Translations under genes and position numbers: made by a program
The notes under the pieces: generated by a model
Database searches by the model: none
Seen by the model: the letters and a program-made list of their open reading frames with translations, nothing else
Told to the model about the DNA's origin: nothing
Shown: piece by piece, positions 37,697 to 46,409 of the stretch
Numbering within the stretch: position 1 is the first letter of the stretch
Layout of the letters: every line of letters starts with the position of its first letter
NCBI GenBank assembly: GCA_964615175.1
Contig: CAZTOV010000005.1
Span: forward strand, 1-57,614
Direction: 5' to 3'
Origin: an uncultured Burkholderiales bacterium
Lineage (GTDB): Bacteria > Actinomycetota > Acidimicrobiia > IMCC26256 > JACPCJ01
DNA length: 57,614 nt

Positions 37697-38566
37697 TCAA
37701 GTGGGGGAGTCGACCGTCCCTTCCTGGGACTCGTCGGCACGCTGTACATGGCCGGGGGCGCTCCAGCGATCGGCGCGGTAGGTATTGAGGAGCCGGGCCA
37801 TCACCTCGATGAAGACGCTGCGGGCCGCCACCTCGTCGGGGGCCGAGGCGAGCGGGTCTCCCACGGCAACGTCGTGAGCGAAGGCCCGCTCGTGGAGCCG
37901 CATCACATCGCCGGCGTCGGCGTCCAGCGTGGCCAGGCGCTCGACGAGGGGCTCGAACGGGTCGCCTTCGCGGATGTCGGTCACCCCGTCGACCGCCAGG
38001 CTCACCAGCATCCGGTAGTGCTCGAAGAGCTGTTCGAAGAGCTGGGGGTGCTCGGCTTCGAGTCCGCCGCGCCCGAGCAGTTCTCGTCCGACGGCGTCCT
38101 CGGAACCGGAGAGAGCGTCGAGGAGGCGTCGATCGCGGTCGCGTCGCTCGTGGATTCGCTGCGCCTCGAGCCGTTCCAGCAGGAGTTGGCGTTCGACCGC
38201 GTACCTGATCGAGCGGAGGAGGAGCCCGTCACCGAACGAGCCCTTCACGAGGTAGTCCTGCGCCCCGGCGCGCAGTGCCTGAGGAGCGAGGGTGTCGTCC
38301 TGGCCCGTCAGCACGACGATCGGCGTCTGCGGCGCAGCCTGACGGACGGCGATGACGGTGTCGACGCCCTGGCTGTCGGGGAGTCCGAGGTCCAGGAGCA
38401 CCACGTCGATGCCGTTCGCCTCGAGCCGAGCGATCGCGTGGGAGAGGCGACCGGCGGTCGCGACGTGGCTCACGTCTCCGACCGGAGATGCGTCGAGCAG
38501 CTCGGTGAGCAGGCGGGCGTCGGCTCGGTTGTCTTCCACCAGCAGAACGGTCAGCGGGCGTTGCAT
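37697..38566 (-). CDS. Response regulator with a non-DNA-binding helical C-terminal domain
   Basis: LLVEDN, LLDLGLPD, VVLTG, AQDYLVK. Confidence 0.85.
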   Translation of the reverse strand: MQRPLTVLLVEDNRADARLLTELLDASPVGDVSHVATAGRLSHAIARLEANGIDVVLLDLGLPDSQGVDTVIAVRQAAPQTPIVVLTGQDDTLAPQALRAGAQDYLVKGSFGDGLLLRSIRYAVERQLLLERLEAQRIHERRDRDRRLLDALSGSEDAVGRELLGRGGLEAEHPQLFEQLFEHYRMLVSLAVDGVTDIREGDPFEPLVERLATLDADAGDVMRLHERAFAHDVAVGDPLASAPDEVAARSVFIEVMARLLNTYRADRWSAPGHVQRADESQEGTVDSPT

Positions 38567-38567
38567 G

Positions 38568-38996
38568 TCACCTCACGGGTCGGTCGGGCGCTTGTACCTC
38601 GTTGAGGGTGGTCTGCCGATTGATGGCGGCATCGATCGCTGTGCGCAGCCCCTCGTGTTGGAGGTCTTCCTTCACCAGGTAGGCCCCCGCTCCGGAACGC
38701 AAGGCACGGGGGCCCTCTTCGGGCCCGTGCCCGGTGAGCACGACGATGGGTACCCGAGGGGCGTGCGTTCTCAGGACCACCAACGTGTCGACCCCCCGGC
38801 TGTCGGGAAGGTTGAGATCGAGGAGCACCACGTCAGGCGTCCGCCGGCGGAGCCACTCGAGGGCAGCCGAGAGACGGTCGACGCGATCGAGGAGATAGGC
38901 GTCGCGGTCGTTCCCGAGCACGTACTCGAGGAGGCGCACGTCGCTCTGGTGGTCTTCGACCACCAGCACGGTCTTCGGGACACGACCTGCGGGCAT
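38568..38996 (-). CDS. Single-domain response regulator
   Basis: LVVEDH, LLDLNLPD, VVLTG, AYLVK; RBS GGAGGGG. Confidence 0.85.
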   Translation of the reverse strand: MPAGRVPKTVLVVEDHQSDVRLLEYVLGNDRDAYLLDRVDRLSAALEWLRRRTPDVVLLDLNLPDSRGVDTLVVLRTHAPRVPIVVLTGHGPEEGPRALRSGAGAYLVKEDLQHEGLRTAIDAAINRQTTLNEVQAPDRPVR

Positions 38997-39175
38997 GGTG
39001 ACCCCTCCTTGCCCTAGCCCACCTATCGTGGCAGACATGCCACGGAGAGTAAAGCAATGGGCGAACAACACGTACCCCTGCAAACGGAGGGATACCGGCA
39101 GATCGGACGCCACGCCCGAGCACGATCAGGCAGGCCAACGCCCCCGGCCTTGGTGAGCGTTCTACGCTGCCGGTG

Positions 39176-41866
39176 ATGCGGAAGCGGTGGCGGTGGACCG
39201 TTCGACGGAAGCTGAGCGCCGCCCTGGCCATCGTGGGGCTCCTGCCGCTCGCCGGCGTCGGCGCCTTCGCGTTCGTCAGCCAGCGGGACGCGCTGCGAGA
39301 CGAGGCTCTGAGCAGGGTGGAGGCCCTGGCGTCGGTGCAGGAAGCCCGCATCGAGGCCTTCCTCGAGGGCCAACTCGAGGTCCTCCAACAGGTGACGAGT
39401 CGCACCCAGCTCCGGCGGTCGTTGGCGGCGTTCCTCGACGACGGCGACGAGGCGGCGCTCGACATCGCCGACGCCATCCTCGACGACGCCGTTCGTTCAG
39501 CGCAGCGCATCGATCGCATCCTCGTCGTGACCGCGGACGGCGACGTGGTGGCCGGGAGCGGCGACCGCACCCTGGCAGCCCCCGATGCCATCGTGCAGCA
39601 GGGGAGTACGGGGCTTCGGGTGAGCGACGTGGTCACAGGCGCCGACGGAAGTGCGGCGCTCCGCCTCGTGGGTCCGCTCGTCCTCGACGGTCGCTTCCTC
39701 GGCGTCGTGGTGGTCGAGGAGAGGCTCGGGCTCCTGCTCGACCTGGTCGGCGAGACGGCGGGGTTGGGCGACACCGGCGAGACCGTGATCGCCCGGGCCG
39801 ATGGCGACGGCGCCGTCTTCCTCACCCCGGTGCGCTCCGATCCGGATGCCGCCCTCACCCGACGCCTGTCCGCGGAGGACGGCAACTTCCCGATGCTGCG
39901 GGCGCTCGAGGGCACCGAGGACGTCTTCGACGAGGCGGTCGATTACCGCGGGAACACCGTCTTCGCCGCCACCCGGGTGATCCCCGAGGTGGACTGGGGA
40001 GTGGTGGTCAAGATCGACCGGGCCGAAGCCCTCGCTCCGGTCGACCGCCTCCGCGATCTGCTCCTCGTCGGCTTCGCCGCCGCCACTGCGATCGTCGCCG
40101 TGCTCGTGTGGTGGCTGGGCAGATCGCTGAGCCGGCCCGTGCGTGAGCTGACCGGCATCGCTCACGCCGTCCGCGCCGGTGATCTCGAAATCCGCGCCCG
40201 GGTCCACACGTCCGACGAGACGGCCGACCTGGCCAATGCGTTCAACGAGATGACCTCGGAGCTGCTCGCCAGCAACCGCACCTTGGAGGACCGGATCGAG
40301 GCCCGCACGGTCGCCTTGCGCGACAGCGAGGCAAGCCTGCGGCTGGTTCTCGAAACCGCCGCCGACGCCTTCGTCGCCGCCGACGAGGAAGGCCACATCA
40401 TCGAGTGGAACGACGCGGCGGAGGCGGTCTTCGGTTGGACGCGTGATGAGATGCTCGGGCGCCCCCTCGACACGACGCTGGTGCCCGAGCGGTATCGCGA
40501 GCGCCATCGCCAGGCCTTTCGGCGCTACGTCGAGACGGAACAGTCGACGGTCATGCGCCGGCGACTCGAAATGGAGGGCCTCCATCGCGAGGGGCACGAA
40601 GTTCCCCTGGAGTTCGAGATCTGGCCCATGCCCCGCGGGGACGGATTCCAGGTCAACGCCTTCCTCCGAGACATCTCGGAGCGTCGCGAAGCGCTCGCCG
40701 CGCTCGAGGCCCGCACGCAGGCCCTCGAGGAGAGCGAGGATCGCTTCCGGCGGGCGTTCGAGAGTGCCCCCGTCGGGATGGCGATCAGCACGCCGGGGGG
40801 TCGCTACCTCCAGGTGAACCCGGCTCTGTGCCGAATGCTGGGGCGCTCTCACGACCAACTTCTCGAGTTGTCGTGGCGGGATGTCACCCATCCCGACGAC
40901 CTGAGCGTGAGCGAGCGGTACGCAGATGCCGCCGCGGCCTCGTACCGCCCGTACCAGATCGAAAAGCGCTACGTCCGTCCCAACGGGGAGAGCGTCTGGG
41001 CCCTCCTGAGTGTCTCGGTACTGCCGACGCTCCAGGACGGCGACGACCGCCTCCTGGCCCACGTGGTCGAGATCACCGACCGGCGGGAGGCCGAGGAGGC
41101 GATGCGCCGGTCGAACGAGGCCCTCGAGCAGTTCGCGTACGTCGCCTCGCACGATCTCCGCGAGCCCCTGCGCGTGGTCACCGGCTTCGCCCGGCTCCTC
41201 GAGGACCGTCACGCCGACGCCCTTCCGCCGGATGCCCGCGAGTACATCGACTTCATCACCGACGGCATCGCCCGAATGCGCGGTCTGCTCGAGGATCTCC
41301 TGGCGCTGTCGCGGGTGCAGAGCACCGCACTCGAGGTTGACGACGTCTCGATGACGTCGGTCGTCGACGACGCCCTCACCGACCTCGGCGTCGCCGTCGA
41401 GGAGCGCGCTGCCCATGTCGAGGTACGCGACCTCCCCAGCGTGCAGACCGACGCAGGACTGCTGCACCGGGTGTTCCTCAACCTCCTGTCGAACGCCATC
41501 AAGTTCACACCGCCGGGGCGGACACCCTCGATCGAGATCCGGGCGCTGCGCCTGGCTCACGGCTGGCAGATCGAGGTGGTCGACAACGGCGTCGGCATCG
41601 AACCTCAGTTCCACGATCGGATCTTTCAGATGTTCCAGCGTCTCCACGCCCACGACGACTACGAGGGGAGCGGGATGGGTCTCGCCCTCGTCCAGACATG
41701 CGTCGAGCGCCTGGGTGGCAGCGTCGGCGTAAGGAACGCGCCCGCTGGCGGTGCGATCTTCTGGTTCACGCTGCCCGACACCGGCCCGCCCGAGACGATC
41801 GACGAGCGCGATCGGGAGGGGGAGCCGCCCCGATCGACCCCACACCCCGATTCCATCCCAACTTGA
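39176..41866 (+). CDS. Membrane sensor histidine kinase (extracellular domain, HAMP, two PAS, HisKA, HATPase)
   Basis: Two TMs, HAMP, two PAS, FAYVASHDLREPLR, NLLSNAIKF, DNGVGI, GSGMGL. Confidence 0.93.
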   Translation: MRKRWRWTVRRKLSAALAIVGLLPLAGVGAFAFVSQRDALRDEALSRVEALASVQEARIEAFLEGQLEVLQQVTSRTQLRRSLAAFLDDGDEAALDIADAILDDAVRSAQRIDRILVVTADGDVVAGSGDRTLAAPDAIVQQGSTGLRVSDVVTGADGSAALRLVGPLVLDGRFLGVVVVEERLGLLLDLVGETAGLGDTGETVIARADGDGAVFLTPVRSDPDAALTRRLSAEDGNFPMLRALEGTEDVFDEAVDYRGNTVFAATRVIPEVDWGVVVKIDRAEALAPVDRLRDLLLVGFAAATAIVAVLVWWLGRSLSRPVRELTGIAHAVRAGDLEIRARVHTSDETADLANAFNEMTSELLASNRTLEDRIEARTVALRDSEASLRLVLETAADAFVAADEEGHIIEWNDAAEAVFGWTRDEMLGRPLDTTLVPERYRERHRQAFRRYVETEQSTVMRRRLEMEGLHREGHEVPLEFEIWPMPRGDGFQVNAFLRDISERREALAALEARTQALEESEDRFRRAFESAPVGMAISTPGGRYLQVNPALCRMLGRSHDQLLELSWRDVTHPDDLSVSERYADAAAASYRPYQIEKRYVRPNGESVWALLSVSVLPTLQDGDDRLLAHVVEITDRREAEEAMRRSNEALEQFAYVASHDLREPLRVVTGFARLLEDRHADALPPDAREYIDFITDGIARMRGLLEDLLALSRVQSTALEVDDVSMTSVVDDALTDLGVAVEERAAHVEVRDLPSVQTDAGLLHRVFLNLLSNAIKFTPPGRTPSIEIRALRLAHGWQIEVVDNGVGIEPQFHDRIFQMFQRLHAHDDYEGSGMGLALVQTCVERLGGSVGVRNAPAGGAIFWFTLPDTGPPETIDERDREGEPPRSTPHPDSIPT

Positions 41867-41888
41867 CATAACGAGGATTATGGGCGCT
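41861..41888 (-). other. dif site (XerC/XerD chromosome dimer resolution)
   Basis: Minus strand AGCGCCCATAA-TCCTCG-TTATGTCAAGT, 11-6-11 layout with the actinobacterial XerD arm; gene orientation flips here. Confidence 0.85.
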
Positions 41889-41911
41889 GCCGCAGGCAGC
41901 GAACATAATCC

Positions 41912-42038
41912 GTGTGAGCATTCAGCCCGCCCGGTGAGCGCCGCCGGCTGCTCACACAACCACCCGGGAGCGGACCGATGATGGCCAGCGAGTGTGTGAG
42001 CAGTCCGGCGTGTGCGAGCCAGGGCTGAATGCTCACAC
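41912..42038. repeat. Inverted doublet of 46/45-bp GTGTGAGCA...TGCTCACAC units (family 2)
   Basis: Units 41912-41957 and 41994-42038; outer 17 bp perfectly inverted. Confidence 0.88.
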
Positions 42039-42043
42039 TCGGT

Positions 42044-42124
42044 AGTGGCGATCACCCAGGCGCCGCCGGCCTTCCTTCCAGTGGCGATCACCCAGGCGTT
42101 GCCAGGAACAGGCGTTGTCAGGAA
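42044..42124 (+). repeat. Direct repeats: 19 bp x2 and 16 bp x2 tandem
   Basis: AGTGGCGATCACCCAGGCG at 42044 and 42080; CAGGCGTTGYCAGGAA at 42093 and 42109. Confidence 0.85.
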
Positions 42125-42477
42125 AGCGCCCGCGGCTCCACCCGGGCTTCAAGGGCCTCGGTGGCGGCCCGGATGAGGTCCTCGAGGGCGTTCTCGAGGT
42201 CGGCCTTGGTGCGGGCCGACGTCAGGTCCCGGCGGGCGTCCTCGATGCCGGTCTCGAGGATGTAGAGGGCGTCGCGGAGGCGTTCCCAGTCAGCCGCGCC
42301 GATGATGGCCTCGTCGGCGGCGAGGCCACGGGCACCGGCTTGGCGCCGCGCTTCGTAGGCGCGCTGGCGGTGGCTGCGCCGGCAGTAGTCCTGGGGACGT
42401 CCCGGGCCGGGTTCGACCGGAAACGGCGCCCCACACCACCGGCAGCGGCGATCCTGCGTCCGGGTGGGTTGCGTCAC
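42118..42477 (-). CDS. Small zinc-finger hypothetical protein
   Basis: CRWCG...GRP..YCRRSHRQRAY; -10 TAAGTT 8 nt before GTG. Confidence 0.75.
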   Translation of the reverse strand: MTQPTRTQDRRCRWCGAPFPVEPGPGRPQDYCRRSHRQRAYEARRQAGARGLAADEAIIGAADWERLRDALYILETGIEDARRDLTSARTKADLENALEDLIRAATEALEARVEPRALS

Positions 42478-42519
42478 GGTGACGGAACTTAGGGGATTGC
42501 CGGCGGACACCGGCGGATC

Positions 42520-42960
42520 TCACCACTCGACGGTGCGGGTCGAGTCGATGATGGCCGCCTCGACGAGGAAGTCGTAGAGGCCCTCCACGAGGTCGTACTC
42601 GGCGACGTCGGCCAGGTCGACGAAGCGCGCCTCCGCCGCATCGTCGGCGGGCGACGGGCGCGGTTCGGGGTCGGCGGGCAGGGCGAGGAAGTCCAGGATC
42701 ACGAAATGGCGGCCGTCGTCGCCCCCGAGACGCTCGGTCCAGCCCACGAAGCGGTCGACGGCCACCTCGAGCCCGGTTTCCTCGGCGACCTCGCGCACCA
42801 CGGCTTCGTGGAGTGTTTCACTGACCCGGACCCGGCCTCCCGGTACCGACCACTGGCCCATTCCGGGCGGGCGCCCGCGGCGCACCAGCAGGAGGCCTCC
42901 GTCGTGGACCACGATCCCGCCGACGGCCACGTCGGGACCGCGCTGCCGCTCCCCCGGCAT
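42520..42960 (-). CDS. NUDIX hydrolase
   Basis: Nudix box GGRVRVSETLHEAVVREVAEETGL. Confidence 0.93.
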   Translation of the reverse strand: MPGERQRGPDVAVGGIVVHDGGLLLVRRGRPPGMGQWSVPGGRVRVSETLHEAVVREVAEETGLEVAVDRFVGWTERLGGDDGRHFVILDFLALPADPEPRPSPADDAAEARFVDLADVAEYDLVEGLYDFLVEAAIIDSTRTVEW

Positions 42961-43460
42961 CAGACCTCGTCGTTGTCCGATTCGAGTGGTTTGTCACTCA
43001 GGTTGCGGTGGACGACGATCCCCCGCGACACGAACCCCTGGTCCTCGAAGAAGTTCTTGGTCATGCGGTGCCCAGGGAGCGCCCAGGCGTCGACGCCGAT
43101 GCAGCCCGACTCGTCGAACCAGGCCAGGAGGGTGTTGGCGATCTCCTCCCCCACCCCGATCTCCCGGGCCTCGGGCTCGACGTAGAGGTCGGTCATGACG
43201 CCGAGCGTGTCGCCGGAGTGGAGTCGGTCGAGCACGCCGACGCCGAAGCCGATGACCACGTCGTCGATGGTGCCGACGACGACTCGGGCGTTGTCGCGGG
43301 ACAGGAGCTGCTCGTAGTGCTCCTCGAGCGGCTCGGCCAAGCCCTCGCGCTGTGCCCAGAGTGGTCCGCCCCGGATGTCGCCGATCTCCTCACGGAGTGC
43401 ACGCGCCATCTCGCTGATCCGGCCGACGTCGGAAGCGTCGGCGAGCCGGCATCCCTCCAT
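42960..43460 (-). CDS. GNAT N-acetyltransferase
   Basis: LYVEPEAREIGVGE, KNFFEDQGF; RBS GGAGG. Confidence 0.88.
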   Translation of the reverse strand: MEGCRLADASDVGRISEMARALREEIGDIRGGPLWAQREGLAEPLEEHYEQLLSRDNARVVVGTIDDVVIGFGVGVLDRLHSGDTLGVMTDLYVEPEAREIGVGEEIANTLLAWFDESGCIGVDAWALPGHRMTKNFFEDQGFVSRGIVVHRNLSDKPLESDNDEV

Positions 43461-43479
43461 CGACGGCCTCGACCTCCCG

Positions 43480-44046
43480 TCAGGAGGTGAGCTGGTCGAT
43501 CTTCGTGAGGATGGTCTTGCGTTGGCGTTGGCTGCTCTCGTAGTCGCGGATCGCCTCGAGGTCGTCGTCGCTGAGGCCGGAGAGCCGCGCCACGACCTGC
43601 GAGGCGGACAGCTCGTCGTAGTCGGGGATGGGCAGGCTGGAGGAGTCGGCGCCGGCCTGGGCGCCGTTGCCGTTGGCCCCGGCGGCCGCGGGTGCGGCCT
43701 CGGTCTTGGCCGGCGGTGCGGGTGTCGTCGGCTCGTCATCGCGGTGGATGCCGGCGACACGAGCTGCCTGCTCACCCCGTTGGCGAGCTTCGGTCAGCGT
43801 CGAACCGACCTGGCGCCGGACCTGCTCGGATCCCTGCGACACGGCGAACTGGCCGAGGATCCGGGCCTGGCCGAGTTGGTTCTCGACCTGTTCCTGTAGC
43901 TCCCCGACGCGTGAGCGGCCCCGGGTCACGAACTGCTCGATGAGGGGCGGGACCATGTCCTTGGCGAACTGCACGAATCCGATGGGGGCGAACACGGCCA
44001 CCTCGACCGCGCGCTGGATCGTGGGCTTTTGACCGTTCTCGGTCAC
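43480..44046 (-). CDS. Hypothetical protein, lipid-droplet/phasin-like
   Basis: Amphipathic N-terminus, Ala/Pro linker, C-terminal LPIPDYDELSASQVVARL...YE..RQRKTIL domain. Confidence 0.7.
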   Translation of the reverse strand: MTENGQKPTIQRAVEVAVFAPIGFVQFAKDMVPPLIEQFVTRGRSRVGELQEQVENQLGQARILGQFAVSQGSEQVRRQVGSTLTEARQRGEQAARVAGIHRDDEPTTPAPPAKTEAAPAAAGANGNGAQAGADSSSLPIPDYDELSASQVVARLSGLSDDDLEAIRDYESSQRQRKTILTKIDQLTS

Positions 44047-44159
44047 GACGGGCCTCCGTTGTCGATCGTGGGCGGGTACGGGGCCAGCCGACCGGTGGCG
44101 CGAACGCGGCGGGTGGGTCGAAGTCGAACGGCTTCCCCCGATCCGTTCAGGAGTTGAGT

Positions 44160-45719
44160 CTACGAGGAGGCACCCAGACCGGCGAATCGGATCCCCCGCT
44201 CGGCCCGCGCCAGGTGGAGGGCCGCCCCCACGAGGACGAGGCCGTTCAGGATCAGGATCCAGTCGCCGAGGGCCACATACGGCGTCGAGCCCGTCCTGCC
44301 CTCGACGCTGCGAACCAACGTGGCCTCCTCGAAGAGGCGGGTGGTCTCGAGCACCTGTCCCTCGTGATCGATGAAGGCGCTCCTCCCCGAGATCGCGGCG
44401 TGCACGAGGGGCCGCCCCGTCTCGGCGGCCCGCATCTGACCGATGCCGATGTGCTGCGCCGAGTTGGCTGATCGGCGGAACGATCGGTTGTTCGTGGACA
44501 CCATGAGCACCTGGGCTCCGTCGTCGGCGTACGCACGGGAGATCTCGGTGAACGCCGATTCGAAGCAGATGAGGTTCGCCACCGGCACGCCGTCGACGTC
44601 GAAGATCCGCCGCTCGTCGCCGGGGGCGTGATCTCGGGGGATCTGCTCCAGCTCGTCGATGAGGCCCTCGAGGAACGATCGCCCGGGTACGTACTCACCG
44701 AAGGGCACCAGATGTTGCTTGATGTAGGTCGCCTCGAGGGCGCCCGCCGGGCCGTAGAGGAAATTCGTGTTGTGGAGGCGGCGCCCGTCTTCGATCTCCA
44801 CGGCCGCGTTGGCGAGCACGTGGGCATCGAGGCGCACTGCCGTCTCCCGAAGGTTCGCCTCGAGGAACCGATCACCGCGAGGGTCCTCGTCCAGGCTCGA
44901 CTCGGGCAGCACCACCAGGTCGAGGGGACCCTCGAGGCTCTCGGCCAGCTCGAAATGACGGGTGGGCAGGTAGCGGGCCCGGCGCTCCTCGAGCGTGAGA
45001 TCCCGGTTGAGGGCGTTCCCCTGCACGATGCCGACCCGCAGCGACGCTCCCGGGTCGGTCCCAGGGAGACCCACGTGGGCGGCCGCGACGACGGCGGCGA
45101 TCCCGGCCAGCGCGAGGGCCGGACGCCGGATCGCCGATGCGACACCTCCGGATCCCGACGCGCGGACTTCGCTCAACGCTGCGAAGAGGCGGGCCCCGTA
45201 CCCGGCGAAGAGCACCGCTACGAACGACACCGCCAGCACTCCACCCCACGCCGCCACGGAGCGCATGGCGGCGACGTCGTGGAACGCGTAGCCGACCTCG
45301 CCCCACGAGAATCCACCCAACGGGAACCGGCCGCGGAGCGCTTCGAGGAGCACCCAGACCGAGGCGACCACCCAGGGACTGTGCACTCCACGGGTGGCGT
45401 AAAGACCCACCACCGCGCCCGTGACGGCCCAGTAGGCGGCGAGCACGCCCACAAAGGGGAGGTAGGCGACGGCGCCGAAGAACCAGGTCCACGCCACGAG
45501 GATCCCGAAATAGACGGCTCCGGCGACGAAGGCGTCGGCGGCGGCCCGGCGGGGGGTCGAATCCGTCCAGGCGATGAGGAGTGGGATCGGCGCCACCAGC
45601 GCGAGTGGCCACCATCCGAACGGCTCGAAGGCGAGGGCGAGGACCAGCCCGGTGGCGATCGGCGACGCCAGACGACGCAGACGGCGAACTCGTCGTGCCC
45701 GCCTCTGGGCTGTCGGCAC
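44160..45719 (-). CDS. lnt: Apolipoprotein N-acyltransferase
   Basis: GGFSW, VQGN, LPES, YIKQHLVPFGEY, ICFES, RAAETGR; start approximate. Confidence 0.93.
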   Translation of the reverse strand: MPTAQRRARRVRRLRRLASPIATGLVLALAFEPFGWWPLALVAPIPLLIAWTDSTPRRAAADAFVAGAVYFGILVAWTWFFGAVAYLPFVGVLAAYWAVTGAVVGLYATRGVHSPWVVASVWVLLEALRGRFPLGGFSWGEVGYAFHDVAAMRSVAAWGGVLAVSFVAVLFAGYGARLFAALSEVRASGSGGVASAIRRPALALAGIAAVVAAAHVGLPGTDPGASLRVGIVQGNALNRDLTLEERRARYLPTRHFELAESLEGPLDLVVLPESSLDEDPRGDRFLEANLRETAVRLDAHVLANAAVEIEDGRRLHNTNFLYGPAGALEATYIKQHLVPFGEYVPGRSFLEGLIDELEQIPRDHAPGDERRIFDVDGVPVANLICFESAFTEISRAYADDGAQVLMVSTNNRSFRRSANSAQHIGIGQMRAAETGRPLVHAAISGRSAFIDHEGQVLETTRLFEEATLVRSVEGRTGSTPYVALGDWILILNGLVLVGAALHLARAERGIRFAGLGASS

Positions 45720-45720
45720 G

Positions 45721-46167
45721 TCAGTCGGCGGTGTGGATGATGGCGACGTCGCAGGGTGCGTGGTGGCTGATGGCATCGGGGACGTTGCCGAGGATGAAGC
45801 GGGTGGGTGAACTGAGTCCTCGGGAACCGACGACGACGAGATCGAAGTCACCGGTCTCGAGAACCTTGATGATCATGTCGGCTGCCTCACCCCGCTCGAC
45901 CCGGGACTGGGCATCGGCGCCCAGCTCGCGGGCGATCGTGGTGCCGTCGGCGGCTCGTTCCTCCGCCTGGGCCACGCCGGTGACCGCCCACTGGAGATCC
46001 TCGGGGACGTCCTTCCGGACCGTCTGCGCGTTGGAGATATCGGGCTCGTTGAAGACCGAGAGCACCGTGAGGCGGCTGCCTCCTGCCGCCGCGAGTGTGG
46101 CGGCGTGGCGCACGGCATCGGCCGCCGTCTCGGACCCGTCGGTCCCCACCAGGATGTGCCGGTACAT
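45721..46167 (-). CDS. Universal stress protein
   Basis: ILVGTDGS, DLVVVGSRG, LGNVPD.ISHHAPCDV. Confidence 0.93.
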   Translation of the reverse strand: MYRHILVGTDGSETAADAVRHAATLAAAGGSRLTVLSVFNEPDISNAQTVRKDVPEDLQWAVTGVAQAEERAADGTTIARELGADAQSRVERGEAADMIIKVLETGDFDLVVVGSRGLSSPTRFILGNVPDAISHHAPCDVAIIHTAD

Positions 46168-46230
46168 CGGCCCGAACCCTACTCCCCCCTCCCCTTGTTC
46201 CCGAGCGCGCGGCTTGGTCGAGACAGATGA

Positions 46231-46340
46231 GCGGTGTAGGCGGACTCTCCTCGTCCTCCGCTCGGCGCCGTTTCCAGACGAGTCTTGACTCGTCTGGAAA
46301 CAAGGGCCGAAGTCGTCCTCCGAGAGTCCGCCTACACCGC
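46231..46340. repeat. 110-bp nested palindrome, REPIN/MITE-like
   Basis: 19-bp perfect terminal IR GCGGTGTAGGCGGACTCTC and 15-bp central IR at 46270-46301. Confidence 0.88.
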
Positions 46341-46409
46341 GGCAAGGCCGGTCGCGGTCGCGCGCCCAGGGGTCGGCGCCACCGGCCGGCGGTCTGGCAC
46401 CACGACCGA

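Noticed and set aside
37692-37702. Second dif half-site bounding the two-component module
   Set aside because: Only 7 of 11 XerD-arm bases (GTCAAGT), inverted relative to dif, no XerC arm
42044-42098. Possible mini-CRISPR
   Set aside because: Only two 19-bp repeats with a 17-nt spacer and no cas genes
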